A stretch of 64,000 nucleotides of DNA from Escherichia virus TH54, in the sequence record MT446420.1. One strand, given 5' to 3'. The notes below the pieces were generated by a model that was given only the letters and a program-made list of their open reading frames with translations, searched no databases and was not told the DNA's origin. Below are positions 18,628-28,660 of the stretch, one piece after another. Made by a program: the position numbers and the translations under genes. Numbering within the stretch: the first letter of the stretch is position 1; every line of letters begins with the position of its first letter.

Positions 18628-18870
18628 TCATTTGGTTTCCTTGATGATAATTACTTGTGCGTTTGATTTACGCTCAGCAACGAGTGCCCAGATAAATGCA
18701 ATAAACCATCCGACCATTGTCCAACCTAACAGGAGGTTAACAAAGAAGATTCCGCAATTACTTTTGGTTCCTCGCAGTAGTGCGATAATCCACGGCAGAA
18801 AATATGCCAGTGCAGCCAGGAAGAAAGAGCCAGCACCCAGAACAACAGTACCCGCAATTAATGTTTCCAT
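18628..18870 (-). CDS. imm: Imm-like membrane protein
   Basis: 80 aa, two TM helices, immediately before gene 43 as in T4. Confidence 0.65.
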   Translation of the reverse strand: METLIAGTVVLGAGSFFLAALAYFLPWIIALLRGTKSNCGIFFVNLLLGWTMVGWFIAFIWALVAERKSNAQVIIIKETK

Positions 18871-18907
18871 TTTAATATCCTTAAGTTATTCATCAGTTGA
18901 TGGAGTA

Positions 18908-18937
18908 ATCATACGGCAGTCCTTTGCCGTTGTAAAC
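18908..18937 (-). promoter_or_regulatory. early-type sigma70 promoter
   Basis: Reverse complement GTTTACA-N16-GTATGAT; overlaps the 3' end of gene 43. Confidence 0.45.
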
Positions 18938-18939
18938 AC

Positions 18940-21654
18940 TTAAAAGTCAAACATATCAAAAAGAGATGCTTTTTTCTCGTAATCAACCTTAGCTGCTTCA
19001 GAGAACCCTGTCAATGGCTTAACAAAAGTCTTCTGGAACAGTGTGTTGTAGTCCATCCACTGCAAGACTTGGTCACGAATTTCAATCGGGAGTTCAATCC
19101 CTGATGGCCACGCAATCACGGTTTCGCCAAACGGGTTACCAACTTTAAGAGGAAGCACATACACCTTTTCCCCTTCCATGATTTGTGGAACAGTCTTCAG
19201 CCCTTTGGTTGCACGCATGTAAGCAAGCACGCCTTTGATATGAGCCGGACACTTAAATCCAGGGAAACCACCCTCATTATATTTCTGGATGTTGTTAACC
19301 GATGATACACCTGCGATGGTCATGTAATTAAGCTCATTAAATTCCTTGTTGAATTCCTTGAAGTACGTCTGCAGAGATTCTTCACCTTCTTGCAACATAC
19401 GGCGGATACATTCTTTCAGAGCTTTCTGACATGCTTTTGGTGTGCTCGACTTTTGAGTTTCCAGACCCATGATTTTCAGTTTCGGAACAGCATATCGTGT
19501 GCCTTCCATATCGTACACGTTCAGAGCATAACGCTTCTTCGCCGTCCAGAATCCACCAACACCTTTAGAACCAAGTGGAGGACATGCAATCGCTTCACGG
19601 TCCATAAACATAAGGTGCTGTTTGTTGTTCATGTATTCAGCTAGTTCACGGAAAGCTTTATCGATTGCCGGTTCCAAACGGTCTTTCGCGAACTTGTCCA
19701 TGAAGTCAACCAGGTGGTTTGTATCGCGGAATTTAGATTCGCCACCAACCTTTTTAATCAGGTTATCGCACTGGATATAAATGGAGTCAGTATCGCCATA
19801 GAATACATATGTTTCACCACTTGTACCACAAACACTATCAAAATATTCGTTAACTTTACGCTCAATCCACTGCAATGCAAGTTGCCCGAAAGATGTAATC
19901 GCGGTTGCATTTCGCAGGTCAAAGTAACGGAACCAGATATTACCCAGAGCACCATAACAACTGTTGATAAGCAGTTTACGGTTAATCTGTGCGGTCATGC
20001 CTGCGACTTCTTCCATCTGCGCTTTGTACAACATACCATTCAGAACTGTTTGATTCAGACCGTGCAAGGTTGTTTTCATATTGTCATCGAAGTCATAACG
20101 ATAATCAACTTCAGGCTCGGTTGTACCAGTTCCTGGATTACGCAGGGCTTCCTTAATCAGTTCACCATTACGTTGAGCCGCAAGCATATAACCTTTGTGC
20201 TCTTTACGCTGATTAAACACCTTGGTGACTTCTGTTGGAATAATACCCGCAACATCTTTAAAATACATCATACCGTTTGGAGCACAACTAAATGTATCAG
20301 ATGGACGGTCAGCAGTTCCTGCAATGTATTCATACATCGGCGCTGGTGCAAATGACCCGGCAATCGTTTCTGGACTGATGTTAATCTGTCGGATGATGCT
20401 CGGATACAGAGATGTTAAGTCACAGCTCATAACGTATTTGTATGCGTTCGGAATAGGTTCCTTAACAAATGCACCTGGGAACGATTGACGAACATGCGAT
20501 TTGGTTTCCGGAATGACTTTGTTTTGAGTCTTCAGGCTGTTAAAGATAATCGCATCCCAAGTTTTGATTGGGCTGAATACAGACTGAATCTGCATTTTTG
20601 CGTAATAACCCATTGACTGGCTAAGGTTAATAAACTGGCGCTTACGGTCAATCTGTACAACACGATAAACATCGATGATGTTATAAGAAATATACCGTTG
20701 GTGATTTGATTCACGCAGTTTAGAAATCGGACCATCATATGGGAGTTTACCAACACCCAGCTCAGATTCCGCAACATAATCCAACGAATAAGATGGCTGG
20801 TTTGTGAAGCTGAACTTTTTATACAGGTCCAGATAATCCAGAACAGAGATACCCAGAATCTGAATGATTTCTTGTTCTTCACCGAATCCGTTGTTAATGA
20901 CCTTAACTTTTGTACGACGATGTGGACTCAGACGTTTTGCTGTAGCTTCACCAAACACATTTTTAAGGCGGTTGTAGATATATGGAATATCAAACTTCTC
21001 GATGTTCCAACCAGTTAACATAACCGGAGTTTTCTCGTTCCAGAATACCAAATACTGCTGGAGCATTTCTTCTTCTGAATCGAAAGCCATATAAACAATT
21101 TTTTCCAGGATTTCTTCAGGGACTTCATCGCCGCCATCTTCTTGCAGCTTAGCAGCAATATCGATAGACCATTGCTCCACAGTGGCGTATGGTGAGCTCA
21201 AAAGGTCAAAGACATAGAATTTATCGTCTACCGAATCATAGTGCGTCAGGGCATCAATAGGGTGACGTGCTTCAGACGGCTCAGGGAACCCATCAGGAGA
21301 TGTCACCTCGATATCGAAGTTAGCCACACGGATTTTACTTGAATCGTATTTGATTTCGTGCGGGTAACGGTCGGACAAGTATGCGAGTTTAAAGTCATCC
21401 ATACCCATAGCTTCGAGACCCATGTCATTCATTCGCTTCATCCACTGGGATGCATCACGCATGGAGTCGAATTCTTTTTTCACACAACCTTTATTATAGA
21501 TGTCTGTATACTTTGCAGCCTGGTCTTCGCGGGCATGCATAAACAAGCATGGAGCATAAGGGATTTCACGAACACGTTCATGACCGTTCTTGTCAATGTA
21601 TCGTTCGAGTAGATTGTCACCGATTTGTTCGATAGTTAAATAAAATTCTTGCAT
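18940..21654 (-). CDS. 43: family B DNA polymerase
   Basis: 904 aa; exonuclease motifs and polymerase motif YGDTDS; collinear resemblance to T4 gp43. Confidence 0.95.
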   Translation of the reverse strand: MQEFYLTIEQIGDNLLERYIDKNGHERVREIPYAPCLFMHAREDQAAKYTDIYNKGCVKKEFDSMRDASQWMKRMNDMGLEAMGMDDFKLAYLSDRYPHEIKYDSSKIRVANFDIEVTSPDGFPEPSEARHPIDALTHYDSVDDKFYVFDLLSSPYATVEQWSIDIAAKLQEDGGDEVPEEILEKIVYMAFDSEEEMLQQYLVFWNEKTPVMLTGWNIEKFDIPYIYNRLKNVFGEATAKRLSPHRRTKVKVINNGFGEEQEIIQILGISVLDYLDLYKKFSFTNQPSYSLDYVAESELGVGKLPYDGPISKLRESNHQRYISYNIIDVYRVVQIDRKRQFINLSQSMGYYAKMQIQSVFSPIKTWDAIIFNSLKTQNKVIPETKSHVRQSFPGAFVKEPIPNAYKYVMSCDLTSLYPSIIRQINISPETIAGSFAPAPMYEYIAGTADRPSDTFSCAPNGMMYFKDVAGIIPTEVTKVFNQRKEHKGYMLAAQRNGELIKEALRNPGTGTTEPEVDYRYDFDDNMKTTLHGLNQTVLNGMLYKAQMEEVAGMTAQINRKLLINSCYGALGNIWFRYFDLRNATAITSFGQLALQWIERKVNEYFDSVCGTSGETYVFYGDTDSIYIQCDNLIKKVGGESKFRDTNHLVDFMDKFAKDRLEPAIDKAFRELAEYMNNKQHLMFMDREAIACPPLGSKGVGGFWTAKKRYALNVYDMEGTRYAVPKLKIMGLETQKSSTPKACQKALKECIRRMLQEGEESLQTYFKEFNKEFNELNYMTIAGVSSVNNIQKYNEGGFPGFKCPAHIKGVLAYMRATKGLKTVPQIMEGEKVYVLPLKVGNPFGETVIAWPSGIELPIEIRDQVLQWMDYNTLFQKTFVKPLTGFSEAAKVDYEKKASLFDMFDF

Positions 21655-21717
21655 TTGGTTTCCTTTATAGTCGAGTGATTGACTTTTGTTTTATGACTTG
21701 ATGTTATTATACTACAA

Positions 21718-21745
21718 AAGGGACCGAAGTCCCTTTGCTTTAAAT
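21718..21745 (-). terminator. stem-loop, possible weak terminator
   Basis: GGGACUUCGGUCCC with UUCG tetraloop followed by only four U. Confidence 0.4.
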
Positions 21746-21967
21746 TTCTATTGTACGCCGTTCGATGGTTGGATTACCCTTTTCATCTTTAGTTCTAACC
21801 ATAGCCTGGAAGGCTCTCTGTCCAGGATGCAATAATTTATTGAGTTCCTTTTGAAATTCTATTTGAAGTTCTTCGGAAAGGTCAAAAATAGTTTGAGTTG
21901 GGGAAAGTCCATATATTTCTTTAAGGCGTTCGCATGTTTCAATTTCATGCTTCATATCAATTACCAA
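21740..21967 (-). CDS. hypothetical protein
   Basis: 75 aa ORF between regA and 43. Confidence 0.45.
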   Translation of the reverse strand: MVIDMKHEIETCERLKEIYGLSPTQTIFDLSEELQIEFQKELNKLLHPGQRAFQAMVRTKDEKGNPTIERRTIEI

Positions 21968-22325
21968 TTGTATATTTGGCTACGAGCTTCCAGTCGTCTT
22001 TTTGTTTAAAGGAGATAACACGGAAGTTGTTTGTTACTGCGAACAATTCATTATGCTCTTCTTCTTTGATAGTGATTAAGCCCCAGTCTTCGAGCAGTTG
22101 AGCAATGGAATCACGGCGCTGATAGTCTTCACCATCAATATCTACCTGGCGACCATCCATACGCAGCATTTCTTTGAAGTGAACAATATAGTAACGACCT
22201 TGCTTCTGGAGGATGTGGCAGCTCTGGTACAGCACACGGTCTTTATTATTTGCGATGCCCATACGGGTCAGAGTTTCTTTAACTTTCAGGAAGTCTTCAG
22301 GTTGCTTTAATGTAATTTCAATCAT
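21957..22325 (-). CDS. regA: translational repressor RegA
   Basis: 122 aa; MIEITLK.PEDFLKVKETLTRMGIANNKD resembles T4 RegA. Confidence 0.9.
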   Translation of the reverse strand: MIEITLKQPEDFLKVKETLTRMGIANNKDRVLYQSCHILQKQGRYYIVHFKEMLRMDGRQVDIDGEDYQRRDSIAQLLEDWGLITIKEEEHNELFAVTNNFRVISFKQKDDWKLVAKYTIGN

Positions 22326-22326
22326 T

Positions 22327-22905
22327 TTACCATTCCAATATTTGTTTTTTAATTTCTTTTTGTTCTTTCACATTACTGGTAACGGTCTTTAAGAATTCAT
22401 CCGTTACCAGACCTTTTGTCTTTTTCAAAACATCTTTAAGACTACCTTTGACTTTCAATGTTTCCATATACATCAAAGCATCATCTGCATTAATTGTATA
22501 ATATTTCATTAAAAGCTTTAACACAAGCTGGACGTTGACCGCATCCGGCTCAGCCTTTGCCCATTTGCCATAACGCTTGCCTTGTGGAACTGCATGCAGC
22601 AAATAATTATAATGCTGTTGGTCTGTTAACCCGGAACCGATTAAGTTCATCACATTTACCTGCATGATACAATCGACATGTTGGCTCAATGCGTTTTCCA
22701 ACCAGAATTTATTGTAGTTTTCCGATTGAATCAAGTTCCGTGGTTTTTTGCTAACGGTTATGTCATTAAGAATCGCGAACAATTCATTTTCTGCTTTCTC
22801 TTTGTATGAATCGGACAATTCCTGAATTTTGTTAAAGTCGCGTGATTTCCACGCGACCTCATGTTCGTTTAATTGAACGTCATCATCAAAGAGACTTACA
22901 GCCAT
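22327..22905 (-). CDS. 62: clamp loader small subunit
   Basis: 192 aa; position between 44 and regA. Confidence 0.8.
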   Translation of the reverse strand: MAVSLFDDDVQLNEHEVAWKSRDFNKIQELSDSYKEKAENELFAILNDITVSKKPRNLIQSENYNKFWLENALSQHVDCIMQVNVMNLIGSGLTDQQHYNYLLHAVPQGKRYGKWAKAEPDAVNVQLVLKLLMKYYTINADDALMYMETLKVKGSLKDVLKKTKGLVTDEFLKTVTSNVKEQKEIKKQILEW

Positions 22906-23855
22906 TTCATTTCCCCAGCCAGTTGAGCAAACAGATAAGTCAAGTGAACTTCGGTATTGGCTGCAATACCATGGTACTGATTATTCTCGCCCACAATCTC
23001 ATACATACGGATGATGCTTGCACCAGTCAGTTTGCCGTACATTTCATCAGCCAGCTTTGCAATGAAGTTTGAATAATCATTTGCATGTTTAGGAGCCAGG
23101 CCACGAAGAATTTTAAAGTTACGGTCCTTAAGGGCATCAATCACATCATCAATTGGCGTGCGATTGTTTGTCACGATGCTTAGAATACCGGAATCGATAA
23201 CACCCTTTGCAGAGTAACGGTCAAGCTCATTAATTGTCTTACGCAGGTCCGGGAAGTTATGCTTAACCAGAGCAGCAACAACTTTCAGGTCTTCGATTTC
23301 AACGCCTTCGTTTTTACATATCGCGACTGCACGATGAATCATCTCTTTCATCATAGTAGTCTGGTCAGCTGGAGTTGCTTCACCAAACTTAATTACGCGA
23401 CAACGAGACTGCAACGGAGTGATGATGCCATCGATATTGTTCGCGGTCATAATGATTGAACAGTTGCTCGAATAAGCTTCCATAAAGCTACGAAGGTGTC
23501 GTTGTGATTCAGCCAGCCCCGCACGGTCAAACTCATCGATAACGATTACCTTACGGCGCCCTTCGATTGATTTAGATGATGCAAAGCGAGTCAATTCATT
23601 ACGCACAAAGTCAATTCGGCAATCGGAGCCGTTAACAAACAGCATATCAGAATTCGTATCCGCGCACATAGCTTTCGCAACTGTTGTCTTACCAGTACCA
23701 GGTGAAGAACTGACCAGAATCAAGTTAGGAATCAAACCTTTTTTAACAATCGCCTCTAATGTTTCTTTATCATGAGCAGGGAGAATACACTCTGATAATG
23801 TACCTGGGCGGTATTTTTGTTCCCACATGAATTCTTTGTCATTAACCGTTAACAT
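22896..23855 (-). CDS. 44: clamp loader AAA+ subunit
   Basis: 319 aa; Walker A GTGKTT; resemblance to T4 gp44. Confidence 0.9.
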   Translation of the reverse strand: MLTVNDKEFMWEQKYRPGTLSECILPAHDKETLEAIVKKGLIPNLILVSSSPGTGKTTVAKAMCADTNSDMLFVNGSDCRIDFVRNELTRFASSKSIEGRRKVIVIDEFDRAGLAESQRHLRSFMEAYSSNCSIIMTANNIDGIITPLQSRCRVIKFGEATPADQTTMMKEMIHRAVAICKNEGVEIEDLKVVAALVKHNFPDLRKTINELDRYSAKGVIDSGILSIVTNNRTPIDDVIDALKDRNFKILRGLAPKHANDYSNFIAKLADEMYGKLTGASIIRMYEIVGENNQYHGIAANTEVHLTYLFAQLAGEMKWL

Positions 23856-23892
23856 ATATTTTCCTCATATTAGTTTCTACTTTGTACTCCAT

Positions 23893-23910
23893 GGGGCCGA
23901 AGCCCCATTT
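23893..23910 (-). promoter_or_regulatory. intercistronic UUCG-tetraloop hairpin between 45 and 44
   Basis: Minus-strand RNA UGGGGCUUCGGCCCCA between the gene 45 stop and the gene 44 Shine-Dalgarno. Confidence 0.5.
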
Positions 23911-23911
23911 A

Positions 23912-24607
23912 TTAATCTTGGAATTCGTGGCTAGAGCCTTGTTCCATTGCAATCACATAGCTTGCTTGCGTGCCTTCAAACTTCGTAGCAAATTTATCAT
24001 CTTTCGCCCAAAGCATAACACGGTAATCAGCCGGAATCATTTTCATGTTCAGTTTGTTAATGATAAATTTAAACGCTGCATCGCCTTCGTAGTCGCCACA
24101 TACCAGGGAATACAATGGACGCGCTAACTCTTTATCTTCGAGCTGATTATAACCATGGATAACAATCTTACCGTCTTTGTTGGTGATTGCAAAAGTATCC
24201 AGAGACAAACCACCAGCCACACGCAGAAGCTGCTGCAGGTCACTGCCTTTCAGGTCGAAAATAACCTTAGCTACCGGGAAAGGAATCTTCTTAGCAGGGA
24301 ACACGATAGTGCTCGGGTCTGCTGCAGGCCAGTGAATCGTTGAACGTTGGTCTTTGATAATGATGTTTGATGCATCTTCAGCCAGAGATACTTCAGCTTG
24401 GTCAGTTACCAGGCCCAGGATACTTAAGAAGCCGTTCAGGTCATAAATTGCAGCTTCAAAGTCAATTGTATCATTGATTTCGGCTTCGCCATATGACGCT
24501 CCAGTTACGGAACGAGTCAGGATAGTATTACCTGGTTTAAGCATAATGCCAGAGTAAATGGAAGTGAAGTTTTTCAGAACTGCGATAGTGTCTTTAGAGA
24601 ATTTCAT
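23912..24607 (-). CDS. 45: sliding clamp
   Basis: 231 aa; resemblance to T4 gp45. Confidence 0.9.
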   Translation of the reverse strand: MKFSKDTIAVLKNFTSIYSGIMLKPGNTILTRSVTGASYGEAEINDTIDFEAAIYDLNGFLSILGLVTDQAEVSLAEDASNIIIKDQRSTIHWPAADPSTIVFPAKKIPFPVAKVIFDLKGSDLQQLLRVAGGLSLDTFAITNKDGKIVIHGYNQLEDKELARPLYSLVCGDYEGDAAFKFIINKLNMKMIPADYRVMLWAKDDKFATKFEGTQASYVIAMEQGSSHEFQD

Positions 24608-24637
24608 TTAATTACCTTTTATTCAAATCAAAATTAA

Positions 24638-25045
24638 TTAAGCAACAACTGCCATTTGTTTGCGGATAGCTTCCGGAAGAGATTCAATATACTCTGGAAG
24701 TTGTGCAGCAATAATAGAACCAGCTTGCACCAGATGGTCGTCAGAGTTAACGCAATAATCATCTTCAAGACGTTCGGAACCGTCACGGTCGATAACCAGT
24801 TTAGCACCAGCAGCCAGTGAATCGTTGTAGTGATTACGCATCAGTTCAATCCACTTATCAGATACATCAGTATCAATCACACCGTACAGCATGAATTTAA
24901 TTTCTTGCGGCAGAGACTGCAGACGGGTAGCAGATGCTTCATCACAGGCCAGAACCCAGGATTTGCGCACACGGTTTTGGTTATGCGGGTTAGCGTCAGT
25001 GCGGATGGTTTTAACTTGGATATCTTTAGCAGTTACGTTGTTCAT
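24638..25045 (-). CDS. rpbA: RNA polymerase binding protein RpbA-like
   Basis: KDIQVKTIRTDANPHNQ; start ambiguous between two ATGs. Confidence 0.55.
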   Translation of the reverse strand: MNNVTAKDIQVKTIRTDANPHNQNRVRKSWVLACDEASATRLQSLPQEIKFMLYGVIDTDVSDKWIELMRNHYNDSLAAGAKLVIDRDGSERLEDDYCVNSDDHLVQAGSIIAAQLPEYIESLPEAIRKQMAVVA

Positions 25046-25069
25046 AATATTCTCTCTATTCATTATCAA

Positions 25070-25321
25070 TTAATCAAAGTATTCATATGCGAACCAGGCA
25101 TTGTGTCTGTTCGCGATTATTTTAACATATTCTTCACCGAAAGCGTTTTGCAAGTCACGTTCAGTGACAAGGTGCTCATCTTTCGAAAAGGTATTAACTA
25201 ACACATACCGTTTAATTTCAGGGACAGCCAGTAAATGCTGCCCGGTTAAGAAGTCAGCCATAATAGCCTCTATTATAACATCCTTGTTTAAAGCATTATT
25301 CCATAACGGTGAATCGACCAA
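25070..25321 (-). CDS. hypothetical protein
   Basis: 83 aa. Confidence 0.45.
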   Translation of the reverse strand: MVDSPLWNNALNKDVIIEAIMADFLTGQHLLAVPEIKRYVLVNTFSKDEHLVTERDLQNAFGEEYVKIIANRHNAWFAYEYFD

Positions 25322-26978
25322 CTTTTTTCATCTGGAGATGTTGCCCGTATGCTTCCGGGTCATGGTCTCGGTGACTGATAATAAAAATGTTGGTGTCTTC
25401 CAATTTGTTCAGGATGGTAGCAATTGCTTTAACACCCTCTACATCAGTGGCCGAGTCAAAAACTTCATCCAGAATCAATGTGTTAATATTAACACCAGAT
25501 ACTTTCGCAGCAATATCGCGCCATGTAAACAGCAATGCAATATCTATACGAGCTTTTTCACCCTGGCTAAATGATGCATAGCTAAAGTCTTCACGTCCAC
25601 GAGATTTAATCGTTTCGTTGAACTCTTCATCTAACGTAAAGCTATAATCAGCTTCCATAACTTTAAGATAAGCGTTTATCTGCTTATTAAAGATAGGAAT
25701 ATATTTCTTAATAATCGCGCCCTTGATACCAGAATCTTTCAACATATCCGTTAGGATACCACGTTGATATTTTTCCATCACAAGGTCAGATTTCTGTTTG
25801 ACTATTTTATCAAGCTGGTCTTGAAGCATTTTAATGTCTGCTGCATGGTCAATGAATTCTGACTTGGCCTGCTCGATTAATGCTTTAACCCTTTTAGCTT
25901 TTTCGACAGTCTGGACTAAGGTTTGTTTCTTAGTTTGAATGTCTTGAGCTATTGTACGCTGGTTTTGTCTTGCCTTGGTATACGCATCAAATTGCTCCTG
26001 AACAGCATTCTGGCGAGCTTTATGCTTATCAGCCGATGCATTACATTCTTCAATCTTTGACTCAATCCTGGCGACAATAGGGTCTCCTGGATGCAACTGA
26101 CTAGCACAGGTCTGACAACAACCACCTTTCTCGTACAGGCTAACAACCTTTCGATAATCGTCAATCTTCGATTTAATCAGGAATGATTCCTGCTTTAACT
26201 TTGTGAGTTCGTGCTCAGGGTCTTCTCCCAAGATTATCTCGGTCAGTCTTGTCGTTGCTTCTTCGATAGTTGCCTTGATTCCACGTGCTTCTGTGGCAAG
26301 TTCATCATACATCGTTTGCAGTCGCAACAGATTATCACCCGACAATTTTCTTTGACGGTCTTCGTTGTCCTGATAGATTTTAATCTGTTGAACGATACCG
26401 TCATGCTGTACATCCATCACCTGGATTTGGCTATTGACTTCGCGGATAAGAGATTTGTTCAGCTTATCCATATCGGCCAGTACAGAAACCTCTAAAAGGT
26501 CTTCGACAAGCTTTCTTCTGGCAGGAGTGGATAGGCCCATAAAAGGGGTATATCCAGCTGTGCCGAGTACGACAATTTGTTTGAAGCTTGCGTATGACAT
26601 TCCGATAAGCTGTTCAAATTCCGCTTGGAAGTCTTTACTGCTGGCAGATTCATCAAGACGTTTACCGCCACAAGAGATTTCAAAAACATTGGGTTTTTGC
26701 CCGCGTTTGATATAGTATTCTTTTCCATCATATTCCATCCACAATTCAACGAGCATATCTTTTTTGTTGCTCGAGTTAATCAGCTGACCTTTCTTTACAT
26801 CACGGAAAGGCTTACCGAACATAGCAAAGGTAACCGCTTCAAGGAACGTAGATTTACCTGCGCCATTCTTGCCGGTTACAAGAGTTTTCTGGACTTTATC
26901 CAGTTCAACAGTAATCGGTTGAGCACCAACCGACATAATATTTTTATAGATAACTTTCTTTAGCTTAAACGTTTTCAT
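25296..26978 (-). CDS. 46: recombination nuclease ATPase subunit (Rad50/SbcC-like)
   Basis: 560 aa; Walker A GKNGAGKST; coiled coil with CxxC zinc hook; resemblance to T4 gp46. Confidence 0.9.
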   Translation of the reverse strand: MKTFKLKKVIYKNIMSVGAQPITVELDKVQKTLVTGKNGAGKSTFLEAVTFAMFGKPFRDVKKGQLINSSNKKDMLVELWMEYDGKEYYIKRGQKPNVFEISCGGKRLDESASSKDFQAEFEQLIGMSYASFKQIVVLGTAGYTPFMGLSTPARRKLVEDLLEVSVLADMDKLNKSLIREVNSQIQVMDVQHDGIVQQIKIYQDNEDRQRKLSGDNLLRLQTMYDELATEARGIKATIEEATTRLTEIILGEDPEHELTKLKQESFLIKSKIDDYRKVVSLYEKGGCCQTCASQLHPGDPIVARIESKIEECNASADKHKARQNAVQEQFDAYTKARQNQRTIAQDIQTKKQTLVQTVEKAKRVKALIEQAKSEFIDHAADIKMLQDQLDKIVKQKSDLVMEKYQRGILTDMLKDSGIKGAIIKKYIPIFNKQINAYLKVMEADYSFTLDEEFNETIKSRGREDFSYASFSQGEKARIDIALLFTWRDIAAKVSGVNINTLILDEVFDSATDVEGVKAIATILNKLEDTNIFIISHRDHDPEAYGQHLQMKKVGRFTVME

Positions 26979-27199
26979 GTATTGTTCTCACGAATTGTTT
27001 GTTCAGCATATTCTAGCATTTCTTCGGAAGAAGCAAACACGTCGTCAAGTTCCATGGCCCATGAAACACCTTCAGAATATTCAGAAGTGACATACATAGT
27101 TCCGGTATACCAAGAACCATCCACGTTCCATTCTACATTACCGAACCAGCCATCGCCAATATGAAAATCATGTTTATACATTTTCATCATTATAAGCAT
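26975..27199 (-). CDS. hypothetical protein
   Basis: 74 aa. Confidence 0.45.
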   Translation of the reverse strand: MLIMMKMYKHDFHIGDGWFGNVEWNVDGSWYTGTMYVTSEYSEGVSWAMELDDVFASSEEMLEYAEQTIRENNT

Positions 27200-27437
27200 C
27201 CTTGATGCATGATTCAGCCATATGAATTAATGTCTCTGGAGTATCATCTTCCATTACATTAAAACTAAATTCTACGGCCCAATCGGTGACTACATAGACT
27301 TTGATAAGTTGACCGGTTTCCAGGTCAGTGATAGCTTCAAACCAATACTTAATAGTATTCGGTTGATTATCGTCGTCAACCACATCACATTCGCGGATAT
27401 GTTCAAGCCCCGCTTCATTAAAATCATAAAGTCTCAC
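27174..27437 (-). CDS. hypothetical protein
   Basis: 87 aa acidic. Confidence 0.45.
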   Translation of the reverse strand: MRLYDFNEAGLEHIRECDVVDDDNQPNTIKYWFEAITDLETGQLIKVYVVTDWAVEFSFNVMEDDTPETLIHMAESCIKDAYNDENV

Positions 27438-28453
27438 GGTTGTACCTCAAGATATAATTTGTTGGCCAATGCTTTAAGAGCTTTTGATTCTTTCTCATTG
27501 GTGTCAGGTAATGCATCAATATATTCTGCCATCATATCAGTTAAGCGTTTTATGTCTAACTCTTCTTCGGAGTCAGTCGTATCAACACTGTTATCAACCT
27601 TATTAACAACACGCAATTCATGCACACGCTTTTCTAATTCAGATTCGAACTTGGTCAGGTCTTTATCGACTTTTTCTACAATAACACGGACTGATAAGTC
27701 TTTGAAGTCGTCGTAGTTAATAGTTTCGTTTGGATAGAAAATCTTCCGATGCCAAGTGGTTTCATTCGGAATAAATTTCATCTCTTCGGTTTCTGTATCA
27801 AATTCCCAGAATCCGCGCGGGTCATTCTCATCACCTGCTGTTAATGTCCATGGCGTTCCTATGTACTTAACGTTCGCAGCTTCTGAAATGGTATGGAAGT
27901 GCCCAGACCAAACTTGCTTGTACTTCTTAAGGAAATCAGGCTCAAGCCCGTGGGATTTCAATCCTTTATAGAAATAAAACCCGGTTAATTCCCAGTGACC
28001 GATGCAATATTCAGCACCAGAAGTTTTGATATGTTGGTGAATGTCAGTCGCGTTCTCGTCACACATCCATGGAATCATATCAATCTGACAACCGTCAAAA
28101 TCAACAGTCGTTGGCTTGTCGTAGATTTTAACATGGTCATACTTATTCAGGAGTTCGGTGATAGCATTAGGATGAATCTTATTCTTCAGATTCATGTCAT
28201 GGTTCCCGACTATCGTGTGCATAGTAATTCCTGCTTCACGAAGGAGTTCCATAATCTCGCGGCTGAATTCCATTGTCTTATGCGTTACGGCCTTACGGAC
28301 GTCAAAAATATCACCATATTGAATCCAAACTTTAATTCCATTCGCTTTGGAATATGCAATCGCCTGTAAAATACCATCACGTTGAATGTTTTGAGCCCAT
28401 GGGTCGTCAGCTTTGACACCCAAGTGCCAATCACCTAAATTTAAAATTTTCAT
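27434..28453 (-). CDS. 47: recombination nuclease subunit (Mre11/SbcD-like)
   Basis: Start trimmed to MKILNLGDWHLG; phosphoesterase motifs GDWH and GNHD; resemblance to T4 gp47. Confidence 0.9.
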   Translation of the reverse strand: MKILNLGDWHLGVKADDPWAQNIQRDGILQAIAYSKANGIKVWIQYGDIFDVRKAVTHKTMEFSREIMELLREAGITMHTIVGNHDMNLKNKIHPNAITELLNKYDHVKIYDKPTTVDFDGCQIDMIPWMCDENATDIHQHIKTSGAEYCIGHWELTGFYFYKGLKSHGLEPDFLKKYKQVWSGHFHTISEAANVKYIGTPWTLTAGDENDPRGFWEFDTETEEMKFIPNETTWHRKIFYPNETINYDDFKDLSVRVIVEKVDKDLTKFESELEKRVHELRVVNKVDNSVDTTDSEEELDIKRLTDMMAEYIDALPDTNEKESKALKALANKLYLEVQP

Positions 28454-28598
28454 AAGCCAAGCGCCGTTATCGCAGTGCAAAATAAAATTATTGAAATGAA
28501 CCCGTCAGGAGTAGAAAAGAATCCTATCCAACAAGCTCGTGTGAATGTGTAGAATGCCATGAATAACACAACATATCCTAAAAATAATTCCATATAAT
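28452..28598 (-). CDS. small membrane peptide coupled to gene 47
   Basis: GAGGAGATTAT before ATG; hydrophobic 48 aa; stop overlaps the gene 47 ATG. Confidence 0.35.
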
Positions 28599-28633
28599 CT
28601 CCTCAGTTGGTTCATTTTATCATCCCGAATATA

Positions 28634-28660
28634 AAGCAAAAAAGGAAGCACTAGGCTTCC
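28634..28660 (-). terminator. rho-independent terminator
   Basis: Stem GGAAGC/GCUUCC followed by UUUUUUGCUUU on the minus-strand RNA. Confidence 0.5.

Noticed and set aside
19714-20355. 213-aa plus-strand ORF
   Set aside because: Antisense within DNA polymerase gene 43; shadow ORF.
21732-21760. MotA-box-like TTTGCTTTA on the plus strand
   Set aside because: Wrong strand for the minus-strand genes, and spacing to any plus-strand -10 is too short; it is the U tract flank of the hairpin.
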